Part shown: piece after piece, positions 19,133-29,265 of the stretch | Position numbering within the stretch: position 1 is the first letter of the stretch | How the letters are laid out: the number at the start of each line of letters is the position of its first letter | NCBI GenBank assembly: GCA_027532905.1 | Contig: JAPZUA010000001.1 | Span: 1,111,950 to 1,175,949 of the forward strand | Origin: Magnetospirillum sp. | GTDB lineage: Bacteria; Pseudomonadota; Alphaproteobacteria; CACIAM-22H2 | Direction: 5' to 3' | DNA: 64,000 nucleotides | The notes under the pieces: model-generated | Told to the model about the DNA's origin: nothing | Databases searched by the model: none | The model's input: only the letters and a program-made list of their open reading frames with translations | Made by a program: the position numbers and the translations under genes

Positions 19133-19171
19133 GTGTACCAAAATTTGTCCTAGAGTCTATTTTTGGAACAC
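19133..19171. promoter_or_regulatory. Inverted motif pair GTGTACCAAAAT...TTTTTGGAACAC (copy B of a 47-bp repeat)
   Basis: The 47-bp block is about 85% identical to copy A at 18635-18680. It lies upstream of the 19232 gene. Confidence 0.5.
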
Positions 19172-19231
19172 ACTACATTCGTTCTCTTAGACGTTTTTTT
19201 ATCAGCGGTTCCGCGATTGGATGCCTCGCAG

Positions 19232-20221
19232 ATGCACACGCTCACCTTAAGCCTCGCTTGCGGCGACTATGACCGCACTCGTGCAGTATTTGATGGCCGT
19301 GCTCCCATCGATGGCTGCACAATCATCCCGCTCGCAATGCCGCCCGAAGAAGCGTTTCCGCGGGCACTGCGGCATCAGTCCTTCGATATCAGCGAACTAT
19401 CGATGGCGAGCCATATGACCCAAGTTGACCGGGGCACGAACGCCTACATTGCGGTGCCGGTCTTCCCGTCGCGTTTGTTCCGCCACTCCTCGATCTACGT
19501 GCGGCGCGATCGGGGGATCGCACACCCCTCTGATCTCAAGGGCCGCCTCGTAGGCGTGCCAGAGTACCAGATTACAGCAGCCGTCTGGGTGCGTGGCATT
19601 CTTCAGGATGAGTACGGCGTCCTACCTGCCGATTTGCGTTGGCGTACGGGAGGGGTCGAACAGGCAGGGCGAACGCCGAGCGTCACACTAAAGCTCCCAG
19701 GAAACGTCGATGTATCAGCCATTCCAGATCACGATACGCTGTCGGCCCAACTGGATCGGGGCGATATCGACGCGCTTGTATCTGCGATGCCGCCCTCGTG
19801 CATGAAGACAAATCGTGAGGTTGGACGTCTCTTTCCGGACTACAAGGCCGTCGAGTCCGAATACTTCGCGAAGACCGGCATCTTCCCGACCATGCATTTG
19901 GTCGGGATTCGAAAGCGGCTGGTCGAGGAGCATCCATGGTTGCCCTTCAATGTGTATCGCGCATTTGCAAGAGCGAAAGAACTTTGCTACGCGCGGCTCG
20001 AAACGCTCGGACATCTCTATACGACCTTGCCTTGGCCGGTTGCTGAGCTTGAGCAAACACGTGCACTTCTCGGGCAAGATTTCTGGCGCTACGGCGTCGA
20101 CGAAAACCGAAAAGAGATCGACGCGCTGGCTAGATACCTCCATGAACAAGGCCTTACTGCGCGCCGCTTGACGGCAGAAGACGTGTTCCATCCGTCTACT
20201 TTTTCGATCCCAAAGCTCTGA
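19232..20221 (+). CDS. PhtD-like (4,5-dihydroxyphthalate decarboxylase family, NMT1/THI5-like fold) protein
   Basis: It is paralogous to 22590-23576 (shared LSCGDY, AVWVRGIL.DEYGV, GIFP.MHLV). The start is placed at an ATG at 19232. The stop overlaps the start of the Mo-subunit gene (TGATG). Confidence 0.65.
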   Translation: MHTLTLSLACGDYDRTRAVFDGRAPIDGCTIIPLAMPPEEAFPRALRHQSFDISELSMASHMTQVDRGTNAYIAVPVFPSRLFRHSSIYVRRDRGIAHPSDLKGRLVGVPEYQITAAVWVRGILQDEYGVLPADLRWRTGGVEQAGRTPSVTLKLPGNVDVSAIPDHDTLSAQLDRGDIDALVSAMPPSCMKTNREVGRLFPDYKAVESEYFAKTGIFPTMHLVGIRKRLVEEHPWLPFNVYRAFARAKELCYARLETLGHLYTTLPWPVAELEQTRALLGQDFWRYGVDENRKEIDALARYLHEQGLTARRLTAEDVFHPSTFSIPKL

Positions 20222-22572
20222 TGCCTAAGCTCGTCGGCCAGTCGGTTCCCCGAATCGAAGATCCGCCGCTTCTGCGCGGTACAGCCCGCTTCGTCGACGA
20301 CGTCAATCTTCCAGGGATGTTGGCAATTGCATTTGTGCGAAGCCCGCATTCGCATGCTTCGATCGGCCGTATCGACACGCAGGCGGCACGTGCTTTACCA
20401 GGCGTTCGTGCTGTCTTCACGATGGAAGACCTTCGGCACCACCTAACCGCGGACAGATTGGTCGTCGCCCTGCCGAGCGCGGCCTATCTGCTTGAGGTGC
20501 ATCGCCCAATTCTCGCCGACCGGGAAGTCGCCTATGTCGGCGAAGCAGTCGCCGTCGTCGTTGCGGAAAGCCGCAACGTCGCCGAGGACGCCGCAGCTCT
20601 GGTGGATATTGAATACGAACCGCTGGCAGCAGTAGCTGACTGCCGCGCTGCACTTCGCGAAAACGCACCGAGAGTGCATAGCGCACACCCCCACAATATT
20701 GCCGCCCGCTTTACTCTGGGGTTCGGCGACATCGACCGTGCATTCGAAGATGCCCACCATGTATTCAGCGAGTCTCTTTGGCAGCATCGTGGTGCAGCAC
20801 ATCCTCTCGAGTGTCGCGGGGTGGTCGCAATACACGACCCGCAGAGCGACGTCCTTACGGTCTGGTCGTCGACTCAAACGCCGCACACCGCACTCGCACA
20901 GATCTGCGATTTGCTCGGACGCACGGAAAATCAGGTGCGCGTGATTACCCCAGATGTCGGCGGCGGTTTCGGACCAAAGCTCGTTTTCTACCCTGAAGAC
21001 CTCATTGTGCCGCTAGTCGCACTTCGCCTCGCCGCGCCGGTGAAATGGATCGAAGACCGCCAGGAACATTTCATCGCAACGACACAAGAGCGCGACCAGT
21101 TTTGGGACGTGGAAATCGCGGTCACACGCGACGCACGAATACTCGGCGTACGCGGAAGGGTCGTCCATGACCACGGCGCCTATACGGCCCGCGGCTTGAC
21201 TGTTGTCCAGGGAGCAATGTCCGCGCTTCCTCTCGCGTACGATATTCCGGCATATCAGATCGAAGGTCTGGCAGTGCTTACGAATCTGGTTCCAGTCACG
21301 CCGGTGCGCGGGGCCGGCCAGCCGCAAGGCGTCTTTGCGATGGAACGATTGCTCGATCGGGTCGCAAATGAACTTGGACTTGATCGCATGGAAGTTCGTC
21401 GACGCAATCTCGTGCGTAGAGAACAGATGCCATTCACGAGGCCGTTTGCAACACGGGGCGGAATCCCAATTTCGCTTGATTCCGGCGACTACCCAGCCAC
21501 TATGTCGGCGGCGGCTGAAAAAGCCGACTGGGTCGGTTTCAAGGCGCGCCAAAAGCTGGCGTTGCAAGCCGGACGCCATATCGGCATTGGTCTTGCCAAC
21601 TATGTCGAGGGAACAGGGCGCGGCCCTTACGAGTCGGTTTCAGTGCGCATTGACCGCAGCGGGAAAGTTCTTGTCGCCACCGGTGCGGTAGCTATGGGTC
21701 AAAGCACCAAAACGATGCTGGCACAAATCGTCGCCGACGAACTCGGCGGCGACATGTCGAACATCATCGTCACTGCCGGCGACACAAGCGCCATCGCCCA
21801 AGGGTTCGGCGGGTTCAACAGTCGACAGGCTGTTACGGCAGGATCGTCGGCGCTCATCGCCGCCTGCAAGCTGCGGGATCGCATTTTGGACCTAACCGCC
21901 AAGGTTCTTGAAGTCGCGCGCAGCGACCTTGCGATCCAGGGGCGCACCGTCCGAATTGTGGGAACGGACCGAAGTTTGGATTTCGCTGATTTGGTCAAGA
22001 AGGTCGTTGGGCTGCCTGGATACCGCATGCTCGACGCGCACGGCCCGGAACTTGCCGTAACCGAGCACGTCCAGATCGATCCAATGGCCTACGCGAACGG
22101 ATGCGCTGTGGTTGAAGTCGAGGTCGACCCCGAAATCGGCCGTGTCGATATCCGGCGCGTCACCTTCGCGCACGACTGCGGGCGAATGATCAATCCAAAA
22201 ATCGTCGATGGACAGGTAATAGGCGGTATCGTGCACGGCATCGGCAATACCTTGTTCGAGTGGATGCGTTACGGTGCAGACGGCCAGCCACTCACGACCA
22301 CGCTTGCGGACTACATGCTGCCAACCGCAACCGAAATTCCGCCCATCGATCTTCTCCACCTAAGCAGCCCAACGCCGCTCAATCCGCTCGGCATTAAGGG
22401 TGTCGGCGAAGCCGGCGTCATTCCAATGAGCGCTGCCATCGTCGCCGCGATCGAAGATGCACTTTCCCCTTTGGGGGTACATCTTTCGGGCAGCCCGATA
22501 ACACCGAACAACCTCCTCGCTGCCATTCACGGTTCAGCGCAGAATTGGGATGCGGAGCCAGCGACGCAGTAG
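20221..22572 (+). CDS. Xanthine dehydrogenase-family molybdopterin-binding subunit (CoxL/aldehyde oxidase-like large subunit)
   Basis: The 783-aa product has the N-terminal a/b hammerhead motif and Mo-binding domains (VGGGFG, GxGQG, C-terminal AGE...GxxG). No FAD or FeS subunit genes are adjacent. Confidence 0.85.
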   Translation: MPKLVGQSVPRIEDPPLLRGTARFVDDVNLPGMLAIAFVRSPHSHASIGRIDTQAARALPGVRAVFTMEDLRHHLTADRLVVALPSAAYLLEVHRPILADREVAYVGEAVAVVVAESRNVAEDAAALVDIEYEPLAAVADCRAALRENAPRVHSAHPHNIAARFTLGFGDIDRAFEDAHHVFSESLWQHRGAAHPLECRGVVAIHDPQSDVLTVWSSTQTPHTALAQICDLLGRTENQVRVITPDVGGGFGPKLVFYPEDLIVPLVALRLAAPVKWIEDRQEHFIATTQERDQFWDVEIAVTRDARILGVRGRVVHDHGAYTARGLTVVQGAMSALPLAYDIPAYQIEGLAVLTNLVPVTPVRGAGQPQGVFAMERLLDRVANELGLDRMEVRRRNLVRREQMPFTRPFATRGGIPISLDSGDYPATMSAAAEKADWVGFKARQKLALQAGRHIGIGLANYVEGTGRGPYESVSVRIDRSGKVLVATGAVAMGQSTKTMLAQIVADELGGDMSNIIVTAGDTSAIAQGFGGFNSRQAVTAGSSALIAACKLRDRILDLTAKVLEVARSDLAIQGRTVRIVGTDRSLDFADLVKKVVGLPGYRMLDAHGPELAVTEHVQIDPMAYANGCAVVEVEVDPEIGRVDIRRVTFAHDCGRMINPKIVDGQVIGGIVHGIGNTLFEWMRYGADGQPLTTTLADYMLPTATEIPPIDLLHLSSPTPLNPLGIKGVGEAGVIPMSAAIVAAIEDALSPLGVHLSGSPITPNNLLAAIHGSAQNWDAEPATQ

Positions 22573-22589
22573 TTAGCGCGATGGATGAA

Positions 22590-23576
22590 TCAGAAGCCTT
22601 GCGTGCCGCGGAGAACTTCGCTGCTGATATTGAGCACTAAGTCGTCGATGGCAGGCTGCTCGCGGATCAGCCCCTGCTCCCAACAATAGCGGACAAGCGT
22701 CTTCAGGTTCTCGCGATTACGTGGCGTTAACCCGTACTCCCAAGGGTCCTGCCCCATCAGTTCCACTTGCTCTTCCCAGGCGCTCGTCCCCCAGGCTAGA
22801 GGCGCCACGCGTGGATTGCGAAAGCGCTCGTAACCCAGACGTTTGGACTCATTGAACGCAAAAGCAACGTTCGGCGCAATCCAGGGGTTCTTCTTGACCA
22901 AGTCCTCACGGATCAAGACCAAATGCATGATCGGAAAAATCCCAGTGCGTTTGAAATAGTCTTCTTCTGCGGATTTGAAGTCAGGGATCAAGCGCCGGAT
23001 GTTCTTGTTGCCGGCAAGAAACGAGGGCGGATAACCGGGCGAGATCAGAGCGTCGATCTCTCCGGTCACAAGCATTCGGTCCAAGGACCCCGGTGATGCA
23101 CGTTCGATCCGGAGCCCTGCCTGAGGCGTAAACGGAATGTCTTCGTCTCGGTCAGTGAGCCAAGTGATGTCCTGGTGCGGAACGCCGTACTCGTCGCCGA
23201 GAATACCGCGTACCCAGACCGCAGCGGCTGGTTGGAAGCCGCTCTCCACGCCAACTCTGCGCCCCGCCAATTCCGACGGCTTTTCGATTCCTTTGTTCGG
23301 ATTCACGAAAATGAAACCATGCCGAAAGCGGCGATGCGGAAATACAGGGAGCGCCACGTAGGGATGGCCCCTTTCACGGGCCATGAAGTAGGCGCACGCG
23401 TTCAACTCGCCAATATCGCATTCCGCATTTCGCGCCAGCCGCCATTGCCGATCCCGCGCGGTCGACGCCGCGAGCACCGTCAGATCCAAACCTTCCGGTC
23501 GAACGACACCGTCAATGAGCGGTCGCGTGATCTCGTAGTCGCCACAGCTCAAAGACACTTGAATGTTTTTCGGCAT
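22590..23576 (-). CDS. PhtD-like (4,5-dihydroxyphthalate decarboxylase family) protein, paralog 2
   Basis: Paralog of the 19232-20221 gene. Confidence 0.65.
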   Translation of the reverse strand: MPKNIQVSLSCGDYEITRPLIDGVVRPEGLDLTVLAASTARDRQWRLARNAECDIGELNACAYFMARERGHPYVALPVFPHRRFRHGFIFVNPNKGIEKPSELAGRRVGVESGFQPAAAVWVRGILGDEYGVPHQDITWLTDRDEDIPFTPQAGLRIERASPGSLDRMLVTGEIDALISPGYPPSFLAGNKNIRRLIPDFKSAEEDYFKRTGIFPIMHLVLIREDLVKKNPWIAPNVAFAFNESKRLGYERFRNPRVAPLAWGTSAWEEQVELMGQDPWEYGLTPRNRENLKTLVRYCWEQGLIREQPAIDDLVLNISSEVLRGTQGF

Positions 23577-23587
23577 CTGAATCCCGA

Positions 23588-24838
23588 CTAGATGGGGTTT
23601 TTTGTGACATTCCCGTCTTTATGCACATACCACCGTTCGCTTGTGATCGGCTTACCCGCCAATCTGGCGGCCATCCAATCCGCAATCAAAGTGGTCGGAT
23701 AGGGCCCGAGATTCGCAGACGGAACGAAGCCGACTGCATGGCGGGATTCCTGATAGACGACGAACTGACGGGGACACGTCATTGTTGCAAGCATTCGGTC
23801 CGCGTTTTCCAAGGGGCACAGCTCTTCATGTTCACCAGCCAGAGCGATATAAGGCACTCGGATTTTGTCTGCATACCCTTCCCACGTCAGGCTGCGTCGG
23901 AAATCATCGAATTTTGCCTCGTCTGTATAGCCCGAGATGTACATAAGCCGACGTTTGTAAGTCGGCGAAGCCGCTTCGACCATTGTCTTCTGCCCGGGCT
24001 CGAAGCAAATAGACGAGACGGCACATGCACGCAGACGCGGTTCGTTCGCCGTAACAGCCGTAACGATCAAGGAACCGAGACTGTTGCCGAATATCCCGAT
24101 TTTGTCTTTGTCGATCTCCGGTCTCGCAATCGCCCAATCGACAAGCTTCGGCGCCAGTTCAATGAAGCCTTGTAGCGAGAACTTGTGGCCAAGAATTCGC
24201 GACTCCGACTGTCCCGGACCATCGACCACAAGAACGGCCATACCACGCGAAAGCCAGCGATCGTTCGACAGCGACACGAATATCTCTTTGAATGTGTCCA
24301 ACCCCGGGAACGATACCACTAGCGGAATCTTGCCGCCGGTATATCCAGGCGGAAGGTGGAACCAAGCTGGTATTTTGCTTTGACCGAACGGGATCCAGAC
24401 TTCTTCGACCTTGTGATCGGCAAGGCGCGCGTAAGCCGTATAGCAGTCGCGTTTGTTCTTGTTGCAGTTCGCGTTGATCGCGTTGACTGTATTGTGCGGC
24501 CACTGCGCAGCACCCCATTGAATGGCAGCAATGAAATAGTTGTCGCGGGCGGTCACGAGATTGCCGGCGTCTTCGGCAGCGATCGCTTTGGCCTGGCGAC
24601 GGCGGGCCGCCGCCTCGAATGATGGTCCAATATCCGCAAACTTCTTTACGCCTTGGCGAATTGTCGCAAAGTCGGGATTTGATTCAATGCCGCAGGCTCC
24701 GTTAAAATAAAGCGATCGAGGTTGGTCCCAATCGATGCCGACGGATGCGATAACATTGTCTAAGAGCCAGCGTTGATCCACCCATCGGCGGGAGCTCGGC
24801 GCTTCGACATTTGGATCGATCTGAATTTCGTTCGACAT
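23588..24838 (-). CDS. Alpha/beta-fold hydrolase
   Basis: The nucleophile elbow GNSLGS is present, with an alpha/beta-hydrolase layout. It is possibly a C-C or C-N bond hydrolase of a ring-cleavage pathway. Confidence 0.6.
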   Translation of the reverse strand: MSNEIQIDPNVEAPSSRRWVDQRWLLDNVIASVGIDWDQPRSLYFNGACGIESNPDFATIRQGVKKFADIGPSFEAAARRRQAKAIAAEDAGNLVTARDNYFIAAIQWGAAQWPHNTVNAINANCNKNKRDCYTAYARLADHKVEEVWIPFGQSKIPAWFHLPPGYTGGKIPLVVSFPGLDTFKEIFVSLSNDRWLSRGMAVLVVDGPGQSESRILGHKFSLQGFIELAPKLVDWAIARPEIDKDKIGIFGNSLGSLIVTAVTANEPRLRACAVSSICFEPGQKTMVEAASPTYKRRLMYISGYTDEAKFDDFRRSLTWEGYADKIRVPYIALAGEHEELCPLENADRMLATMTCPRQFVVYQESRHAVGFVPSANLGPYPTTLIADWMAARLAGKPITSERWYVHKDGNVTKNPI

Positions 24839-24948
24839 AATTCACCTTCCTGATTGCTCAATCTGAGACTGAAGTCTGAGGCGAACCAACCACTGGCCGC
24901 CAAGCGGAGACTCCGCTCACGCTTTTCCATCGACGCTGACGAGAAGCC

Positions 24949-26907
24949 TCACGAGGCAGCGCCACCTTCTCGAATGTCGCGAGCATTGGCTTTTGAGGCC
25001 CATTTGATCAATGCGACCATCATGGCCGTCGGCACCACAATGCTAGCAACAAGAGCAGGCGTTCCGGGGACAAGAATGATCAGACCGCCGACAGCAATCA
25101 GAATCCTGATCGGCCAGTGTATCCGCGACTGCCGAACCGTGCCAGCGATTGCGTAGCTGATAGCCAGGACACTGATGAATGCGGCGACGAGTGTCACGAC
25201 GACATTGCCCATCGCACCCTCGAGCAGGAGCTCAGGTCGAACGACGAAAAGAAAGGGCAGGAGGAATCCGGCATAGGCAAGACGGCAGCCGTAATATCCA
25301 ACGCGGTCCGCGTTGGCGCCCGCCAGTGCCGCAGCGGCCATCGCAGCGACCGCCATCGGCGGCGTAATCGCCGACATGCACGCGAAAACCAGCATGAACA
25401 TGTGCGCCGTCATCACCGATAGCCCGTAATCGGCGATCAGCACGGGCGCCACCAACGCCACTCCCATGATATAGACGGCAGCCGTCGGCAGCCCCAAGCC
25501 GAGTATGACTAGCAAAACTGCTGCAGCAACGATCACCACCGCAAAGTTCCCGCCGGAAACGGCCGATAGGATGAAGCTGAACTTTCCGACCAAGCCGCTC
25601 ATGTCGAGATACCCGATTGCCATGCCGGCAGCGGCACACGCAGCAGTCAGTCCGCTGATGCGAACAGCAGTCTCGATGCAGCATTCGAGCAGTGCGCTGG
25701 GCGTTACCCAGAGATTTCGATTGGGAGTGAGATAGCTGGACAAAATTCCGATAACTGATGATCCCGCGGCAACGATCGTCGGCGAGTATCCCGCTTCAAT
25801 CAGGTAAAGCAACGCGAAGACGGGGAAAATCAGACGGAAGTCGCGCTTTAGGACGTTGGGCAACGACGACACGTCGCCTTCCTGAAGCGCTCCCTCGCGC
25901 AAATAGCTGGATTCATGGTGTGTGATCGCCAGTACACCGAGATAGTAGAGAATGGCGATGCCGGTTGCGGCCAGTGCGATCGAGCGATAGGGAATCCCCG
26001 TGTACTCGACCATGAGAAACGCCACGGAGCCCATTACCGGTGGCAAGATGGCGCCGCCGCAGGATGCCGCCGCTTCAGTCGCTGCGGCACGCGTAGCAGT
26101 CGCGCCACTGCGGCGCATGATGGGAATCGTGATCGGGCCGGTCGTCATGACGTCGGCGGTGGGGCTGCCGGAAACCGATCCGTAGATTCCGCTTGAAACG
26201 ACACACGCCTTTGTTGCACCGCCTTTTGTTCTCCCCACGAGTGCGCTGGCCAGATCAAAGAAGAACTGACCCCCGCCCGCACGATGGTAGATGCTGCCAA
26301 AGAAGACGAACAGGAACCCATAGGTCGCGGCGACCTCGACGGTCACGCCAAACAGTGCATCTTCTGATACGGTTATCCGACGTGCGTAATATTCCAGACT
26401 TATCGGGGTGTGCCCCAGCGCGCCGCCAAGATGGTGGCCGTACGCCACATACAAGAGCAGGAGCACGCATGTACCGGTCAAGCCCCAGCCGACAACTCGA
26501 CGACAAGCTTCGATGACGAAAACCGTCATGACCACGCTCATCGCAACTTCTAACCTGGATACTCGCGTGATGCCCTCGATCATCGTGTCGTAGAACCGCC
26601 AATTGAAGATAAAGTAACTACATGCGACTATTGCACCTACCGTCCACAACCAGTCGATCCAGTTTCGGTCGCTCCGACCGGTATGTGCCGAGGTCGTAAG
26701 AAAAACGATCGGAAGCATGCCGGTCAGGAATATAGCGGTGTGGAGATGCAGGCTGGAAATCGAGAAGAAGGCGTATCGAAAGATGTATACCGCCATTAAT
26801 ATTGAAATTATCGCGACCAGTATACGCGCGGGACCATCCAACTCAACCGAACGACCTTCGTTGATATAACGGAACACCAATTGACGGAGTGAAGTCGCGC
26901 TGGTCAT
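24949..26907 (-). CDS. TRAP transporter fused permease subunit (TAXI-type, DctQM-like fusion)
   Basis: The 652-aa product is polytopic. It is adjacent to the TAXI substrate-binding protein. Confidence 0.8.
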   Translation of the reverse strand: MTSATSLRQLVFRYINEGRSVELDGPARILVAIISILMAVYIFRYAFFSISSLHLHTAIFLTGMLPIVFLTTSAHTGRSDRNWIDWLWTVGAIVACSYFIFNWRFYDTMIEGITRVSRLEVAMSVVMTVFVIEACRRVVGWGLTGTCVLLLLYVAYGHHLGGALGHTPISLEYYARRITVSEDALFGVTVEVAATYGFLFVFFGSIYHRAGGGQFFFDLASALVGRTKGGATKACVVSSGIYGSVSGSPTADVMTTGPITIPIMRRSGATATRAAATEAAASCGGAILPPVMGSVAFLMVEYTGIPYRSIALAATGIAILYYLGVLAITHHESSYLREGALQEGDVSSLPNVLKRDFRLIFPVFALLYLIEAGYSPTIVAAGSSVIGILSSYLTPNRNLWVTPSALLECCIETAVRISGLTAACAAAGMAIGYLDMSGLVGKFSFILSAVSGGNFAVVIVAAAVLLVILGLGLPTAAVYIMGVALVAPVLIADYGLSVMTAHMFMLVFACMSAITPPMAVAAMAAAALAGANADRVGYYGCRLAYAGFLLPFLFVVRPELLLEGAMGNVVVTLVAAFISVLAISYAIAGTVRQSRIHWPIRILIAVGGLIILVPGTPALVASIVVPTAMMVALIKWASKANARDIREGGAAS

Positions 26908-26998
26908 TGATGTCCACCGATAAGCCGAAAGCGGTCTACTTCATGCCGACTACTTAAGAATGGCCCCGCGAGCAAGTAGCGGGGCCATCGTCGTCAAC

Positions 26999-28015
26999 TC
27001 ACTTCAGAACACCGGCTTCACGGAAGTACCTCTCCGCGCCCGGATGATAGGGGACGCTCGGCGGCTTGCGGGCCAACTCCGCAAGCGTTACCTCGCTATA
27101 CGAAGGATGGATGGACCGGAAGCGGTCGAGTCGGCTACCGATGGCCTTCATGTACTTGTAGACCGCCTCTTCGGATACGGAGGTCGCCGCAAGCATCACA
27201 AGATCGATGCGAAGCGTCTTAACGTCCTCATCGAGGAAACTGTAAGAGCTCTTCGGAAGGGTTACGATCTCGAGATCGTATTCCTTTGCAACCGCACTTA
27301 GATAGCTGTCCGGCACCTTCAGCCAAACAAGCGGCCGGCTGCGAGCGACTTCATTGATCGCCTGGAACGGTTGGAATGCTGTGCCAATCTGCCAATCAAT
27401 CTTGCCATCCCTGAGTTCATCGACGCCGCGCGCACTGGGGAGATACGCGACTCGCGATCCCGACCATTGCTTCTCGATGGACTCAATCGATGCACCGCCC
27501 TGCTTCAGGAGCGAGTCCGCGATGATATTCACATAAAGCGTTCCACGGGCGCTTACCGACATCGTGCCCCGAGGCCTCTTCTTGGTATAGTCCTCAAGCG
27601 TCACGACGCCGGCCTTTTCGGCCCAAGCTTTCTCGGCGATGAAGAAGAACTTTGTGCCCGGCAGGCCGTTAAACACGAACGAGAGCTTGCCCTTCATCGG
27701 CTGCTCGAAGGGCGGCTTCCCCTCAAGGGCCATCGGGATCTCCACGTTCGTTACGCCCAGCGACAGTTGAGCGTCATTGTTCATGAGATCGACGAGACCG
27801 CCTGACCCGGTGTTCGGCCTGAATGTCATCGTCGAACCGGGATAGACGTCCCGGACAATGGCATTTAGGGCCTCAACGACCGCGCGACCGAACCCGGTCG
27901 CTGTCGCGCCCGAAGTCGTGATTGAAATCGGCTGATTGTCCTGGAAATCCGCTTTTGCAGAAAAGCCAGAGAAGATGACGGCCGCGGCAGCAAGGCCTGC
28001 AACTATTTTCTTCAT
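26999..28015 (-). CDS. TAXI-family TRAP transporter solute-binding subunit
   Basis: A signal peptide MKKIVAGLAAAAVIFSGFSAKA is present, with the TAXI (Imp/TRAP) substrate-binding fold. Confidence 0.75.
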   Translation of the reverse strand: MKKIVAGLAAAAVIFSGFSAKADFQDNQPISITTSGATATGFGRAVVEALNAIVRDVYPGSTMTFRPNTGSGGLVDLMNNDAQLSLGVTNVEIPMALEGKPPFEQPMKGKLSFVFNGLPGTKFFFIAEKAWAEKAGVVTLEDYTKKRPRGTMSVSARGTLYVNIIADSLLKQGGASIESIEKQWSGSRVAYLPSARGVDELRDGKIDWQIGTAFQPFQAINEVARSRPLVWLKVPDSYLSAVAKEYDLEIVTLPKSSYSFLDEDVKTLRIDLVMLAATSVSEEAVYKYMKAIGSRLDRFRSIHPSYSEVTLAELARKPPSVPYHPGAERYFREAGVLK

Positions 28016-28104
28016 TTCCAATCCCCTCATTTGGACCCCTGCCGTCCGGATCGCTGCAGGCGTCGTTGATCGAGCATTCGCCTCATCTGTTTCATTTTAT
28101 GATA

Positions 28105-28122
28105 TCGTACCAAAAAAAGAAC
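28105..28122. promoter_or_regulatory. Motif half-site TCGTACCAAAAAAAGAAC
   Basis: It matches the GTGTACCAAAAA half of the recurrent motif. It sits in the divergent TAXI / alcohol dehydrogenase intergenic region. Confidence 0.35.
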
Positions 28123-28164
28123 GCAACAATAAACACATGGCTCCGTCAATAAAGAAGGTCCCAG

Positions 28165-29190
28165 ATGCAAAGTTCGAATGGCCGGACGGCGAAGGCTTAC
28201 GTCTTGGAGCGTCTCGGTTTCGACGGGCTTGAGCAGAAGTTGCTCTCCCTAACCGCCCCGCCTCCAAAACATTTATTGATCCGCATGCGCGCCGTATCGT
28301 TGAACTATCGAGACCTGAAAATCGTCAAAGGACTGTATGCGCGCCCGCCAAAGCTGCCCCTCATTCCCTTGTCAGACGGAGCGGGCGAGGTCGTCGAGAC
28401 CGGTACAGACGTTACGGCGGTCCAGATCGGCAGCCGCGTCATGCCAATCTATATGCAAGGCTGGTATACCGGGCCGCAGACGCGCGAGCGTCTTGGGTGG
28501 CTCTCGAGGGGGGGCGACATCGACGGGACTGCCGTCGAGTATCTTGTTTGCCACGAAAACGACGTTGTTCGAATTCCAGATTCCATGACCTACGAGCAAG
28601 CCGCGTGCCTCCCGTGCGCAGGAGTCACTGCATGGCATGCTCTTATTTCAGTCGGTCGACTCCAAGCGGGGCAAAGCGTTCTCGTTCTCGGCAGCGGCGG
28701 GGTCTCGAATTTCGCGATTCAGATTGCACGTATACGCGGCGCGTCTTCCATTGCGATAACGCGAAGCGCGTTGAAAGCCGATGGGCTGCGAAAGATCGGC
28801 GCCATAAATGTTGTCGATGCAAGCAACCTCCCAGGTTGGGACAATGAAGTCCGTGCTCTTACTGGGGGGAAGGGCGTTGACCATGTCGTTGAGGTCGGCG
28901 GGCGCGAAACCATCGAAAGATCAATAAATGCGACAAGCGCCGGCGGCCAAATTCATATCATCGGAGATTTGAGCGGTGCATTTCCGCCGAAGGATCTCGA
29001 CGCTCAAACGGTCAGCATAAAGTCGATTACCGTTGGGTCTAAGGAAATGCACGAAGACCTAACCCATGAATTCGAGCGAAGTGGGGCGAAACCGATTATT
29101 GATCGGGTGTTTCCGTTCTCGCAACTCGCTGAAGCCTTCAACTATCTCGATAAGGGAACACACTTCGGCAAGATCGTAGTTACATTCTAG
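28165..29190 (+). CDS. Zinc-binding alcohol dehydrogenase (MDR superfamily)
   Basis: The MDR fold is present, with the NAD(P)-binding motif VLVLGSGGVSNFAIQ. Confidence 0.8.
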   Translation: MQSSNGRTAKAYVLERLGFDGLEQKLLSLTAPPPKHLLIRMRAVSLNYRDLKIVKGLYARPPKLPLIPLSDGAGEVVETGTDVTAVQIGSRVMPIYMQGWYTGPQTRERLGWLSRGGDIDGTAVEYLVCHENDVVRIPDSMTYEQAACLPCAGVTAWHALISVGRLQAGQSVLVLGSGGVSNFAIQIARIRGASSIAITRSALKADGLRKIGAINVVDASNLPGWDNEVRALTGGKGVDHVVEVGGRETIERSINATSAGGQIHIIGDLSGAFPPKDLDAQTVSIKSITVGSKEMHEDLTHEFERSGAKPIIDRVFPFSQLAEAFNYLDKGTHFGKIVVTF

Positions 29191-29265
29191 CTGATTGCAG
29201 TTTGTTCGGAACGAAGCGCTGCGGCCGGATGTCGCCTTGTTCTACGACATCCGGCCGCACGCCAT

